Shown: positions 21,703 to 32,296, counted from the stretch's first letter. The stretch: 64,000 bases of DNA from an uncultured Haloferula sp. (GCA_965652295.1 CBFGTS010000004.1:233046-297045); one strand, 5' to 3'. The notes: generated by a model not told the origin, from the sequence alone. Numbers and translations are program-made.

Positions 21703-23717
21703 AGACGCTTGTCGTTTGGGTCGTTCTCGCTGCGGCTCCACTTGTTGGGGCGGCGGAGGAGGATTGGGGATCGCGTCTCGCAGGTTGGTTCTCGGGCCGA
21801 CTGGATGAAATCCACATCGAAGTGGTCGAGGTCGAGGCTTCGATGGTAGGGCTGCCCCGGGTTCCGATCGATGACCAAGGCGGCAGTGGGGGATTCGCCA
21901 GCTTGCATCCTTCCGAGTTTCCGACCGGGGCCGATGCTCATGCCGTCGAGCTGCGGTGGGGCGAGGTCGTGCCGATCGATGAGGTCGCCCTGATTCCTGC
22001 CAGGCGTTACGATGCCCAGGGGCTCGAAGCTCAATTCGGGATGCCGGATTCGTTTCAAGCATTTGCTTTAAATGGCACTGAGGAAGTTCTGTTGGGGGAG
22101 GTGTCCGGTCTCTGGAGCGACCCCGTCCTCGCGGGTCATCCGATCTTCTTGAAACAGGATTCGGTCGTCTTTGCCGATGGCATTAAAATCAGAGCAGGAC
22201 GCTTGCCTTCAGATCCTTATGAGGGTTCGAGTTTCGTTCACGCATGGGCCGAATGCATGGTCTTTTCGGAAGGCCGGAATGTGGCGGGTTCAGCGGAGGT
22301 GAAAGCGCTTTCAGGGATGGCTCCGTCCGCGCCTTGGCAGTGGTCTGCGGAATTTTTGGTGGATGGGCAGACGCCGCTCGGGTTGCCGGAAGTGGAGGAC
22401 GAGAACCACGTCAACGTCGGCTGGCTTTCCAAGGCGATGCCCACGGCGGACTCGACGGTGACGTTGGAGATCGATCTGGAGGAGGTCGCCGAAGTGGACG
22501 CGCTGAGGCTGTTTCCCGCCAAGCGTCCGACTCCCGATCTGCCGAGCGGGTTCGGGTTTCCCGAGCGTCTTGAAGTCAGCTTCGGTGCGACGCAGGCGGA
22601 AGTGAACCAAGCAACACCTCAGGTGTTCGAGCTGCGCAATCCGGGGCACAATCCGGTGCGTCTCCCGGTCGCGTCCACCTCCGCCCGCTTCGTGCGTCTC
22701 CGGGCGACCCGGCTCTGGAAGCCGTTCGATACCTACCCGGCGTTCTGCGCTTTCAGCGAAATCGAAGTCCTGAACGGCATGAAGAACGTCGCCCTCGGTG
22801 GCCGGATCCGGAGTGCCGATGGCATGGGCAATGTGGTGGCACCGGGAGGTCGCTACTGGAGTTCCCAGAGCCTGACCGACGGCTTCGGACCGGACGGACG
22901 GATCGTCCCGATGGCGGAGTGGCTGGGAATGCTCGACCAGCGGCGGCAGTTGGAAACCCGGCTGGTGGAGCTGCGTCATGAGGCGGAGATGATCGTGGCG
23001 GGCTGGAGAAGGACGGCACTGTGGGCTGTGGTTCTGGTCAGCGCGGCGGGCGCGATCCTGCTCATCGTGCTGCCCATTCGTTTCAAGATCCGGGAGAAAC
23101 GGAAGCTCGTCGAAGTGCGCGAGCGGATTGCCGGCGACCTGCACGACGAAGTCGGAAGCAATTTGGGGAGCATCCAGATGTTCGCCGACCTGGCCGAGGG
23201 GCGGATGGGGGTTTCCGACGAATTGAAGCGCATCCAGCGGATCGCTGCCGAGACGGTCAGCGCCGTCCGTGACATCGTCTGGCTGCTGCGGCCGGGCCGG
23301 GCGCACCGGATCGGGACGGTGGAGCACCTGCGGGAAACCGCCTCGATCATGCTTGAGCCGCTGCAATGGCATTTCACCGCCGACGAACCGGCGTGGGAGA
23401 TCGAGCTGAGCGATGAGGCGAATCGCCACCTGTTCCTGTATTTCCGCGAGGCCCTGCACAACATCCTGCGGCATGCGAAAGCGACCGAGGTGTGGATCGC
23501 GGTGACCGCTAAAGGGAAAGAACTCCGGCTGGTGATCCGCGATGACGGGGTGGGCATCCCGCCGGAGAAACGCGAGCGTCCCGCGACGCTGCGGGCTCTG
23601 CGGCAGCGGGCGGAATCGCTGGCAGGGAGCTTCGATTTCGAGCCGGGCGAAGAGGGCGGAACGCGGCTGTCGCTTTCACTCCCGGTCAGCCGGGAAAAGA
23701 AAGCGGGCCCGGGTTAG
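21699..23717 (+). CDS. Sensor histidine kinase (HisKA_3) with discoidin/F5-8-like extracellular domains
   Basis: Signal peptide; IDL...V..L.LFPA and ARFVRL...FSEIEV; TM; RERIAGDLHDEVGS; EALHN..RH; DDGVG. Confidence 0.85.
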   Translation: MKTLVVWVVLAAAPLVGAAEEDWGSRLAGWFSGRLDEIHIEVVEVEASMVGLPRVPIDDQGGSGGFASLHPSEFPTGADAHAVELRWGEVVPIDEVALIPARRYDAQGLEAQFGMPDSFQAFALNGTEEVLLGEVSGLWSDPVLAGHPIFLKQDSVVFADGIKIRAGRLPSDPYEGSSFVHAWAECMVFSEGRNVAGSAEVKALSGMAPSAPWQWSAEFLVDGQTPLGLPEVEDENHVNVGWLSKAMPTADSTVTLEIDLEEVAEVDALRLFPAKRPTPDLPSGFGFPERLEVSFGATQAEVNQATPQVFELRNPGHNPVRLPVASTSARFVRLRATRLWKPFDTYPAFCAFSEIEVLNGMKNVALGGRIRSADGMGNVVAPGGRYWSSQSLTDGFGPDGRIVPMAEWLGMLDQRRQLETRLVELRHEAEMIVAGWRRTALWAVVLVSAAGAILLIVLPIRFKIREKRKLVEVRERIAGDLHDEVGSNLGSIQMFADLAEGRMGVSDELKRIQRIAAETVSAVRDIVWLLRPGRAHRIGTVEHLRETASIMLEPLQWHFTADEPAWEIELSDEANRHLFLYFREALHNILRHAKATEVWIAVTAKGKELRLVIRDDGVGIPPEKRERPATLRALRQRAESLAGSFDFEPGEEGGTRLSLSLPVSREKKAGPG

Positions 23718-23724
23718 GGCTCTT

Positions 23725-24828
23725 TCACGGCGCTCCGACCAACTCGCGGTAGACATCGAGCGTCCCGTCGAGCATCGCCTGCAAAGTGAACGGGTTCGGT
23801 TGGGCCACCGGCGGTGGCTCGGCGAGGAGCTGGCGGATGACGAGCGCGGCCTCTTCGGGGGCATTGGGCTTGAGTTTTCCTGCCGGAAACAAAGCGTCCA
23901 ACTGCTCTTCCACGCCACCGTGCGCGTAGCCGGCCACCGGGACGCCCATGGCCAGCGCTTCGAGCGTGGTCCGCCCAAAGGATTCCGGCTGCCGGGTCAG
24001 CGAGAGCACCAGCGAGGAGACCGCGAGGATCTCGCGCAGGTCGTCGCGGTTGCCGGTGAAGGTGACACGCGAGCCAAGCCCGCGGTCGTCGAAAATCCGC
24101 CGTATCTCGCCGGCATAGGACTGTTTTTTCGGATGGACGCCTCCGACGACCACCGCGTGGACGTCGGGCAGGTCATCGAGAGCGGCCAGGATCGTGGCGA
24201 GGTCCTCGTGGCCCTTGAGGCGGGTGATCCGCCCGGGCAGGGTGAGCAGGCGCTTGCCGCGGGTTTCGGGGAAAGCGGCCTCGAATGCCGTGCGCCACGT
24301 GTCATCGGGGCGGTGGCCGTAGGGATACATCGCCGGATCGACGCCCCGCGGCACGACCCGCAGCTTGTCCTCCGGAATCCCCGGATAGTTCTCCAGAACG
24401 TAGCGGCGGATGCTTTCGGAAACGCAGATGACCCGCTCGCCACAGGTCATGATCCGCGACCAGCGGTTCACCGAATAGAAGCCGTGCACGGTGGTGACCA
24501 AGCGCGGTCGCCGGGCCTCCGGCAGCTTCCGCCACGCCAGCCACATCGCCCATGCCGGGACTCGTGAGCGCAGGTGCAGGATGTCCGGTCGTTCGACCTC
24601 CAACAGCTGCCGGAGCCGGGGGACGAGCAGCAGGGTGGCGAGCGACTTTTTTCCGATCGGCAACTCGATGTGCCGGGTGCCCGCCGTTTCCAGTCTCGGC
24701 ACCTGGCGGCCGCCGCCGGAAAGAACGAGGGACTCGTGGCTCAAGGCCGTCAGATGGGCTGCGAGCTCAAGCGTCCCGCGCTCGACTCCGCCTGAGTTCA
24801 TTTCCGGGAGCACCTGGAGGACCTTCAT
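23725..24828 (-). CDS. Glycosyltransferase family 4
   Basis: GGVERGT, SRVPAW, TTVHG, GRITRLKG, PESFGRT.LEA. Confidence 0.92.
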   Translation of the reverse strand: MKVLQVLPEMNSGGVERGTLELAAHLTALSHESLVLSGGGRQVPRLETAGTRHIELPIGKKSLATLLLVPRLRQLLEVERPDILHLRSRVPAWAMWLAWRKLPEARRPRLVTTVHGFYSVNRWSRIMTCGERVICVSESIRRYVLENYPGIPEDKLRVVPRGVDPAMYPYGHRPDDTWRTAFEAAFPETRGKRLLTLPGRITRLKGHEDLATILAALDDLPDVHAVVVGGVHPKKQSYAGEIRRIFDDRGLGSRVTFTGNRDDLREILAVSSLVLSLTRQPESFGRTTLEALAMGVPVAGYAHGGVEEQLDALFPAGKLKPNAPEEAALVIRQLLAEPPPVAQPNPFTLQAMLDGTLDVYRELVGAP

Positions 24829-25739
24829 GATGAGCGGCGGGGGAAAAAACGGCTGAGTACGATCGCTGCGGCGCGGTCGGCCTCACGGAGGATCTCGGGT
24901 GGGTGGGGGAGCGGCTGGCCGGGCGTCCATCGGTCGAAACGGGTCAGCCAACCCCGGTCGGCCAGCCGGTCGATCCCGCGGGCGACACGGGAAGGTGATT
25001 TCTTTTTCCGCGGAACCGGCAGCAGGCCCACCGCGGCACCGCTGCTAAGAGCCTCGTAGATCATGGAAACCGAGTCTTCCGTCACCCAGACTTCGGCGGC
25101 GCGGGCGAGCTGTTGGGGCAACCAATCGCGGCCGGTATCGGCATGCGGGTAGCTGGCAAGGGCAGGGATCGAATCGGAAAGCCGCGAGAGGAATCGCCCG
25201 GGAGTTCTTCGCGAATCGGTCACCCGCCAAGGCAGCTCGCCGCGGCGGGCGACAATCTCCTGCACGCAGCGGAGGATCGTTTCCTCATCCCAGCCGTGAC
25301 TGCCGGAAGGTCCGCCGATCAGCAGCAGCCCGCCTTGACGCGGCTGGGCGGGATCGACCGGTGGCACGCGGTTCAGCGCTCCTTTCGTCGGGACGATATT
25401 GGGTGCGGGCGCACCTGTGAGATCGTGCTCGGGGACTAGACAAAGGTCGAAAAAACCAGCCGGTAGGCTGGGCTTCATCAGCACCACGCAGGGTGAGCCG
25501 GTCCTGCGGGCGAGCTGCAGAAGAGGTGCATGGGTGGAGTGCCCGGCACCGAGGAAAAGGTCCGGTTGCGGGTCGGGCGTTTTGATGGGGGCGAGCGAGC
25601 GGAGCTTCCCGGCGGCGACCTGCACCAGTTGGACCCGCGCCGGGGTCCGTCGCGCGATCGCCTCGGCGAGTCCGAGCGCCTGATTCTGATGACCCGGCTT
25701 GCCATCGGTCAGCACGCAGATCTCAAGGGCCCGGCTCAT
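24825..25739 (-). CDS. ELM1/GtrOC1-like nucleotide-sugar-associated protein
   Basis: DGKPGH.NQ..GL, P.HD, LIGG, SRRTP, VTEDSVSM.YEA. Confidence 0.85.
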   Translation of the reverse strand: MSRALEICVLTDGKPGHQNQALGLAEAIARRTPARVQLVQVAAGKLRSLAPIKTPDPQPDLFLGAGHSTHAPLLQLARRTGSPCVVLMKPSLPAGFFDLCLVPEHDLTGAPAPNIVPTKGALNRVPPVDPAQPRQGGLLLIGGPSGSHGWDEETILRCVQEIVARRGELPWRVTDSRRTPGRFLSRLSDSIPALASYPHADTGRDWLPQQLARAAEVWVTEDSVSMIYEALSSGAAVGLLPVPRKKKSPSRVARGIDRLADRGWLTRFDRWTPGQPLPHPPEILREADRAAAIVLSRFFPRRSS

Positions 25740-27127
25740 GAGGGGCGGCGCTTGTCGGGGATGAAGTTCAGGGAGTCGGCGAGCGCGGACCACGCTTCCA
25801 GGCTTTCCGGCCGCTCCAGCGAACGGCTCCATGGACGGCCTTTCACCCCGAAGCCGAGGATCGCGCGGTGGTCCATCCGTCGCGCGGCGCGGGCGAGCGC
25901 GGGTTCCGAGCCAAAAAGCAGGAAGCCATCGAGAGGCGCGGGATGGCTCCGGTCGATCTTCTCAAGCACGCTGTCGGCGAAGGTTTCAGGAATCTCCGGG
26001 TCCCACTCGTGAAGGATCACCCGCGGGTCGTCGACGCGCGCCGCGGGAGTGGCCAACCGCTCGACCCGCAGGTCGGGCCGGATTTCCCATGCCCGGCGGA
26101 GGAATGCCTGGACGCCATCCTCCGGCGCGTCGGGCGGAGTCGACAGGACCAGCCGCAGCGGCACGCTCGCGCGCGCGGCCACCTCCGGGTCGAGCCGCGT
26201 GAAGAGGCTCAAAGGGAACCGCCGGTCCGTGCGCCAGCGGTCGTGGAACCAGAACACATCCGGCAGGCTGCCGAGCATGACCGACTCCAGGGCCGCCATG
26301 ATTTCCGCGGTGCTCGACTTCGGATCCAGCGGGTGCAGCGCCAGCAGCCAACGACCGTGGCCGGTGGTGTGCATGTCGAGCGTGACGATCCGGGCGCGAC
26401 CGCGTTTCACCATCAGTTCGAGCAGCGGCGGGCAGGTTGTGATCTTGCCGATGAAGGTCATCGGCGTGCCGCGGGCTCCGGCCCGCTGATCGCCCAGCAC
26501 CGCCAGTGCGCCGCCGTCGCGGAGGAAGGTCGAGGGGGCGTAGTAGCCGTCTTTCCGGCTGAAAAGCCGCGCTCCGGTGGAGGTGCGGCGCTCCTGGGTC
26601 AGGGCATCCATCAGCGGGTTGTCCAGCGGACGGTAAACGCCGCCGAAGCTACCGGGTTCCAGCACTTTCGCGCCGAGCCGCGTCAGCGCCTCCCAATTGC
26701 CCATGTGGGCCATGGCGATCACCGTGCCGTGGCCCTCGCGGCGGTTGCGGTCGAGAACTCGCAGCGCCTCCGGGTCAACCAGCTCCGCCAGCTCGTCGAG
26801 CGGCAGGATCTGGGTCTTGAGCGAGGCCAGGAAATTCGCGCCGCCACGACGGAAAGTCTCTTTCACCAATGCGGCCAGCTCCGTTTCCGTAGACGGATGG
26901 GAGGCGGTGGCGATCCGCAGGTTGCGCTCCACCAACCGGCGGTATTTCCTGCTTGCCACATGAGCCACAAGTCCGAGCCCGTGGCCGAGGGCGACGCAGC
27001 TTTCCATATCGATCCGTGCGAGCGCCGCCTCCACGCTGCGGTAGAGGAAATGCTCGAGGCGATGTCGGAAAGCGGGCCGTTCGGCGATCACGGGCGGATG
27101 CTGTTCCGCCGCGACCCATTCCGGCAA
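25736..27127 (-). CDS. Lipid A late acyltransferase (LpxL/HtrB family) with extra C-terminal domain (start uncertain)
   Basis: HMGNWE, YRPLDNP, LGDQ, FWFHDRWR; about 165 aa extension. Confidence 0.85.
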   Translation of the reverse strand: MPEWVAAEQHPPVIAERPAFRHRLEHFLYRSVEAALARIDMESCVALGHGLGLVAHVASRKYRRLVERNLRIATASHPSTETELAALVKETFRRGGANFLASLKTQILPLDELAELVDPEALRVLDRNRREGHGTVIAMAHMGNWEALTRLGAKVLEPGSFGGVYRPLDNPLMDALTQERRTSTGARLFSRKDGYYAPSTFLRDGGALAVLGDQRAGARGTPMTFIGKITTCPPLLELMVKRGRARIVTLDMHTTGHGRWLLALHPLDPKSSTAEIMAALESVMLGSLPDVFWFHDRWRTDRRFPLSLFTRLDPEVAARASVPLRLVLSTPPDAPEDGVQAFLRRAWEIRPDLRVERLATPAARVDDPRVILHEWDPEIPETFADSVLEKIDRSHPAPLDGFLLFGSEPALARAARRMDHRAILGFGVKGRPWSRSLERPESLEAWSALADSLNFIPDKRRPS

Positions 27128-27136
27128 GCCCGGGGC

Positions 27137-27166
27137 TTGCTTCCCTCCGAGGGGCCACCGTAGGCT
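27137..27166 (+). promoter_or_regulatory. Putative sigma70 promoter of tRNA-Arg
   Basis: TTGCTT-N18-TAGGCT, 11 bp before the tRNA. Confidence 0.4.
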
Positions 27167-27177
27167 CCCGCGCCGAG

Positions 27178-27249
27178 GCCCCCGTAGTTCAATGGATAGA
27201 ACGAGCCTCTCCTAAAGGCTAGATGCAGGTTCGATTCCTGCCGGGGGCA
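27178..27249 (+). tRNA. tRNA-Arg (anticodon CCT), CCA not encoded
   Basis: Acceptor GCCCCCG/CGGGGGC, D arm, anticodon arm AGCCT-CTCCTAA-AGGCT, T arm GCAGG-TTCGATT-CCTGC. Confidence 0.96.
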
Positions 27250-27254
27250 CGTTT

Positions 27255-27282
27255 GATTTCCGATTCGGGATTTCCGATTGCT
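27255..27282. repeat. Heptamer tandem repeat (GATNNNN x4) behind the tRNA
   Basis: GATTTCC GATTCGG GATTTCC GATTGCT. Confidence 0.65.
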
Positions 27283-27351
27283 GCGGTTCGATCAGCGACG
27301 GGCGGGGATGAAGGCTTGCGACCAGCTCCGCACTCGGCTCCGAATGGGCGC

Positions 27352-28458
27352 GTGAGTTGGCTGCTGGTAGGAATCGCCTGGGCAGGCGCCGCCCTAGCGG
27401 GAGGAGCCTCGAAGTGGCTGCTCGGGCGCATGGTCCCGCTCCCGCCTCCCGGACCGCTCGGCCGGCCGCCGAAGGTCTCGGTCATCATCCCTGCTCGCAA
27501 TGAGGCCCGCAACCTGCCGGTTCTCATCGATTCGCTCCATCGCCAGTGGCTGCGCCCGCATGAGATCCTTGTGATCGATGACCAGTCGGACGACGAAACC
27601 TATGAAGTCGCCAAGCTCTGCGGAGCCCGGCCCATTTCCAGCAAACCGCTGCCCGATGGCTGGCTCGGGAAACCATGGGCCTGCCAGCAGGGGGCGGATC
27701 TCGCCAGCGGGCAGCTCCTGCTTTTTCTGGACGCGGATGTCCACCTCCAGCCCGACGCGCTCGCCCGGCTCGTGGCTGCGATCGGAGACGGCCAAGCCGC
27801 CGTCTCCGTCTGCCCGTGGCACCGCATCGAGCGCGCCTACGAGCAGGGATCGGTCTTTTTCAACCTCTTCATGGTGGGGGGTATCGGTGCCTTCGGCCCG
27901 CGGGGTTTTCACGCGAAACACGTCGGGCTCTTCGGCCAGGTGATGATGATTTCGTCCGATCATTACCAGCGCGTCGGCAGCCACGGCGTCGTTCGCAGCA
28001 AGGTGCTCGGAAATTTCCATCTCTCCCGCAAGCTGGTGGCTCTGGAGATCGCCTGCCGTTCCTACGTGGGCGCTGGCTGCGTCACCACACGGATGTTTCC
28101 CGACGGTTTCGGCCAGCTCTGTCGAGGCTGGATGAAAGGCTGCGTCTCGGGTGCCGCGATTGCCCCGCGATGGGCCGTGGCGGCCATTTCCCTGTGGATC
28201 ACCGGGCTCGCGATGTCTGCCATCGCGCTCATCGTCGGCCTCATCCAGTGGACGCCGCAGACGCTGCTCATCCCCGGGGCCTATGGCATTGCCGCCCTCA
28301 CCCTTTACGACAAAATGGTGTGGATCGGCCGCTTCTCGGCTTGGAACGCGATCTTCTACCCTTTCAGCCTGCTGTTCTACCTGGTCCTCTTCGTTCTCTC
28401 CCTCGTCCGACGAAAAACCGGCGGAACCGTGAACTGGAAGGGACGTCGTGTGGCTTGA
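27352..28458 (+). CDS. Membrane glycosyltransferase family 2 (CrtQ/HpnB-like; start uncertain)
   Basis: IIPARNE, DDQSDD.T, GWLGKPWAC, FLDAD, RM, C-terminal TMs, WKGR. Confidence 0.85.
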   Translation: MSWLLVGIAWAGAALAGGASKWLLGRMVPLPPPGPLGRPPKVSVIIPARNEARNLPVLIDSLHRQWLRPHEILVIDDQSDDETYEVAKLCGARPISSKPLPDGWLGKPWACQQGADLASGQLLLFLDADVHLQPDALARLVAAIGDGQAAVSVCPWHRIERAYEQGSVFFNLFMVGGIGAFGPRGFHAKHVGLFGQVMMISSDHYQRVGSHGVVRSKVLGNFHLSRKLVALEIACRSYVGAGCVTTRMFPDGFGQLCRGWMKGCVSGAAIAPRWAVAAISLWITGLAMSAIALIVGLIQWTPQTLLIPGAYGIAALTLYDKMVWIGRFSAWNAIFYPFSLLFYLVLFVLSLVRRKTGGTVNWKGRRVA

Positions 28459-28583
28459 TCTCCCGCGTTCGCCCCCCGCTCCCCCCTGAAAGCTGAACAT
28501 CCGAGCCTGATAAACTCTCCCCACGGGCAAGGCTTGCTACCCGCGGCTGGACCTCCTAGTCCTTAACAAAACCGAACCATTCC

Positions 28584-30437
28584 ATGGCTGACTACACCGA
28601 AGACGACATCAGGTCCCTTGATTGGCGTGAGCACATCCGCCTCCGCCCCGGCATGTACATCGGCAAGCTCGGCGACGGCTCCTCGCCCGACGATGGCATC
28701 TACATCCTGCTCAAGGAGGTCATCGATAACTCGATCGACGAGTTCATCATGGGTCATGGGAAGGAGATCCACATCGAGATCGACGACCTCGGCCGTGTTG
28801 AAGTCCGGGACTTCGGCCGCGGCATTCCCCTCGGCAAACTCTTCGACTGCGCCGCCCAGATCAACACCGGTGCCAAGTACGACAGCGAAGCCTTCAAAAA
28901 ATCCGTCGGCCTCAACGGCGTCGGCATCAAGGCCGTCAACGCCCTGTCCAGTTTTTTCGAAATCCAAGCCTGGCGCGATGGGCAGACCAAAGCCATCGAG
29001 TTTTCCAAAGGCGAGATCGCCGTTGATATGAAGACCCCGCGTGCCGATTCCGGACAGCCCGGCACCCGGCTCGCTTTCGAGGTCGATCGCACCATTTTCC
29101 CCGGCCGCATCCATTTCAAGCCCGCCTATGTCGAGCGGATGTGCCGTTACTACAGCTATCTGAATCCCGGCCTCACGCTGGTTTTCAACGGCAAGAAGTT
29201 CCGATCCAAGGACGGGCTTCTGGATCTGCTTCGCGAAGAGATGGAAAACGAGCCTCTCTACGGCCCCGTCCACCTCAAGGGCAAGGACATCGAGATCGCC
29301 TTCACCCACACCGCCGAGGGCGGCGAGGAATACTACTCCTTCGTCAACGGTCAGAACACCACCCAGGGCGGCACCCACCTCGCCGCCTTCCGCGAGGCAT
29401 TCGTCCAGACCATCCGCACCTTCTTCAAGAAGCAGTTCGATCCCTCCGACATCCGTGCCGGCATCGAGGCCGCCCTCGTCGTCCGCATCGAGGAGCCCGT
29501 GTTCGAGTCCCAGACCAAGACCAAGCTTGGCTCCGCCACCATTTCGCCCCAAGGCGAAACGTTGCGCACCTTCATCGGGAACTTCCTCAAGGAGCAGCTC
29601 GACAACTACCTCCACCGCAATCCCCAGGCCGCCGAGGCGATGCAGAAGCGCATCCTCACCGCCGAGCGCGAGCGCAAGGACCTGAAGGGCATCCAGAAGA
29701 TCGCCCGCGAGCGCGCCAGGCAGGCCAAGGTCCACAACAAGAAGCTCCGCGACTGCCGCGCCCACCTCGACACCAAGCACAAGCTCCGCGAAGCCAGCAC
29801 CCTTTTCATCACCGAAGGCGACTCCGCCTCCGGCTCCATCACCAAGAGCCGGGATGTCGAAACCCAGGCCGTTTTCTCACTCCGCGGCAAACCCCTCAAC
29901 ACCTTCGGCCTCGGCAAGAAGGTGGTGTACGAAAACGAGGAATTCGCCCTGCTTCAGGCCGCTCTCGGTGTGGAGGAGGGGATCGAGGGACTACGTTACA
30001 ACCGCGTGGTGGTTGCCACCGATGCCGATGTCGACGGCATGCACATCCGTCTGCTCTTGCTCACCTTCTTCCTCCAGTTCTTTCCCGAGGTCATTCGGGA
30101 AGGGCATCTCCACATCCTCCAGACCCCGTTGTTCCGCGTCCGCAACAAGAAGGAGACGATCTACTGCTACAGCGAGGAAGAGCGCGTCGCCGCCATGAAG
30201 AAGCTCGGCAAATCTCCCGAGATCACCCGTTTCAAAGGCCTCGGCGAGATCTCGCCCGATGAGTTCAAGTTCATGATCGGCCCCGACATGCGGCTCGACC
30301 CCGTTGAATTTGAAGAAGGAAAGGGTGTCAAAGAGTTGCTGGCCTTCTACATGGGCAAGAACACCCCCGACCGTCAGGAGTTCATCATCAACAATCTCCG
30401 CGAGGACGTCGATCGCCAGATCGGCGACGCCGCCTAG
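28584..30437 (+). CDS. parE: DNA topoisomerase IV subunit B (type IIA B subunit)
   Basis: [56 protein letters not shown]. Confidence 0.85.
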   Translation: MADYTEDDIRSLDWREHIRLRPGMYIGKLGDGSSPDDGIYILLKEVIDNSIDEFIMGHGKEIHIEIDDLGRVEVRDFGRGIPLGKLFDCAAQINTGAKYDSEAFKKSVGLNGVGIKAVNALSSFFEIQAWRDGQTKAIEFSKGEIAVDMKTPRADSGQPGTRLAFEVDRTIFPGRIHFKPAYVERMCRYYSYLNPGLTLVFNGKKFRSKDGLLDLLREEMENEPLYGPVHLKGKDIEIAFTHTAEGGEEYYSFVNGQNTTQGGTHLAAFREAFVQTIRTFFKKQFDPSDIRAGIEAALVVRIEEPVFESQTKTKLGSATISPQGETLRTFIGNFLKEQLDNYLHRNPQAAEAMQKRILTAERERKDLKGIQKIARERARQAKVHNKKLRDCRAHLDTKHKLREASTLFITEGDSASGSITKSRDVETQAVFSLRGKPLNTFGLGKKVVYENEEFALLQAALGVEEGIEGLRYNRVVVATDADVDGMHIRLLLLTFFLQFFPEVIREGHLHILQTPLFRVRNKKETIYCYSEEERVAAMKKLGKSPEITRFKGLGEISPDEFKFMIGPDMRLDPVEFEEGKGVKELLAFYMGKNTPDRQEFIINNLREDVDRQIGDAA

Positions 30438-30669
30438 GAGGCGGCCTTGTGTCAGTTCTCTGACGTCTCACCCGAGAAATGAGAACGCCACCGTCTGTAT
30501 ATCGTTCCCCCTTCAAGGGGTGTCGGTCCTGCCCGGAGCTTGGAACGAGCGCCGATTAGGAAATAGGTGGTGAGACTTGCCGACCTTGATTTCAGATTCA
30601 TCGGGCACCGCTCCGCGGACAAGAATCCGCTTGGCCGGGGGGGCAATGACGGAGCACCTTGGGGCGGCC

Positions 30670-31440
30670 ATGACCCGATTCCGTCCATGCATCGACCTCC
30701 ACCAGGGAAAGGTGAAGCAAATCGTCGGCGGAACGCTGCGCGACGAGGGGCCGGGACCGGTGGAGAATTTCACGGCGGAGCAGGGGGCGGGTTGGTTCGC
30801 GGAAAAATTCCGCACGGACAGACTGACCGGTGGCCACGTGATCCAGCTCGGGCCGGGGAATGATGCGGCCGCCCGCGAGGCGCTGGCGGCGTGGCCGAAT
30901 GGTCTGCAGATCGGCGGCGGGATCCATGTAGAGAACGCGGCTTCGTGGATCGAGGCAGGGGCCAGCCACGTGATCGTGACCTCGTGGCTGTTCGAGGAAA
31001 ACGTGCGTTTTTCGGAAGGTCGGGCGCGGCGTCTGGTGGAGGAGGTGGGCCGGGAGCGGTTGGTGATCGATCTTTCCTGCCGCCGACGGGGCGATCGTTG
31101 GGTGGTGGCGACCCAGCGCTGGCAGACGTTGACGGATCTTGAGGTGACGCCCGCGACGCTCGATGCGCTGGCCGGGTTTTGCGATGAGTTCCTGATCCAC
31201 GCGGCGGATGTGGAGGGCCTGTGCGGCGGAATCGATGCGGAGCTGGTAGCGCTGCTGGGATCTTGGAACGGCCGGCCGGTGACCTACGCGGGAGGCGTGG
31301 CGACGATGGAGGATCTTTTGGAAATCGATCGTCTCAGCGGGGGCGGGCTGGATGTGACGGTGGGTTCGGCGCTGGATCTTTTTGGGGGCGGGGGCGTGCG
31401 TTACGAAGATCTCGTCGCCTGGAACCATCGGGCGGGTTGA
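30670..31440 (+). CDS. hisA: ProFAR isomerase, eukaryote-like (His6) type
   Basis: FRPCIDLH.G.VKQIVGGTL, GGHVI.LG, HVIVTSW, IDLSCR, HAADVEG, TYAGG, TVGSALD.FGG. Confidence 0.9.
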   Translation: MTRFRPCIDLHQGKVKQIVGGTLRDEGPGPVENFTAEQGAGWFAEKFRTDRLTGGHVIQLGPGNDAAAREALAAWPNGLQIGGGIHVENAASWIEAGASHVIVTSWLFEENVRFSEGRARRLVEEVGRERLVIDLSCRRRGDRWVVATQRWQTLTDLEVTPATLDALAGFCDEFLIHAADVEGLCGGIDAELVALLGSWNGRPVTYAGGVATMEDLLEIDRLSGGGLDVTVGSALDLFGGGGVRYEDLVAWNHRAG

Positions 31441-31549
31441 CGGGAGCTCCGGGCGGGAGTCCAATGCGCATGATGCTGGATAGAAATCCGAACTACGAAC
31501 GGGCGGGTGTGAATGGAAACCGCTCAGCGGATGCTCAAGGGCTGCTGTC

Positions 31550-32296
31550 ATGACAGTGTTGGGACCCAACTCGGACGGACTTCCGCAGTGGCTCGATCTG
31601 GAGCCGGAGATTCTGAGCCAGATCAGTTCGCGCCCGGGCGGCCAGCGTTGCTTGGTGGGCGGGGGGGAGTTGCTGTTGGTGGTCCACGAAGTGCCGGAGC
31701 CCAAGGTCCCGGAGCGGAAAGCGAAGTTCTTCATCCGCCGGGAAGAGGGCGAGTGGGACGATGGCAAGGGCGGCGGCTTGGGGTCGCTCGGGCGTCTGTT
31801 GGACCAGTATCAGGCAACGATCGACGGCTACGAGGCATCGATTGACGAGGCGGATACGGTCGCGGAGGTGTTTGCCATCATCCGCCACGCGGGACCGATC
31901 GCCCGGAGCTTGCGGAACCTCAACGCGGCATTGCGGGCGACGGTCGATGCGATGCCGGAAGACCGGCAGTTGATTGAACTGTTGGATCGGTCCACCGATC
32001 TTCTGCGGGCGGGTGAGATCCTCTATCACGATGCGAAGTTGACGCTGGATTTCTGGCAGGCGGAGAGCGCCGAGGAGCATCAGAAGGCGGCGGAAAGGCT
32101 GAACGTGACCGTTTATCGTCTCAACCTGCTGGCCGGATTCTTCCTGCCGTTGGTGGCGATGGGGGGACTGCTGGGGATGAACGTGGCGATTCCGGAGGTG
32201 TTCCAGGGGTGGTTCTGGGGCATCCTCGTGGTCGCCCTGCTGGCCGGGCTGGTTCTGCTGGTGCTCGCCGGTTGGAACCTGCGGAAAAAGCCATGA
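31550..32296 (+). CDS. Short CorA-family divalent cation transporter-like protein
   Basis: Coiled stalk, LN.LA.FFLPL...G..GMN signature, two TMs. Confidence 0.7.
   Translation: MTVLGPNSDGLPQWLDLEPEILSQISSRPGGQRCLVGGGELLLVVHEVPEPKVPERKAKFFIRREEGEWDDGKGGGLGSLGRLLDQYQATIDGYEASIDEADTVAEVFAIIRHAGPIARSLRNLNAALRATVDAMPEDRQLIELLDRSTDLLRAGEILYHDAKLTLDFWQAESAEEHQKAAERLNVTVYRLNLLAGFFLPLVAMGGLLGMNVAIPEVFQGWFWGILVVALLAGLVLLVLAGWNLRKKP

Noticed and set aside
27178..27350. tRNA-Arg as an integration site of an island
   Set aside because: No integrase, no duplicated tRNA 3' end seen, and the flanking genes are ordinary.
30438..30669. Possible ncRNA or his leader between parE and hisA
   Set aside because: No His-codon leader peptide or recognisable riboswitch/T-box motif.
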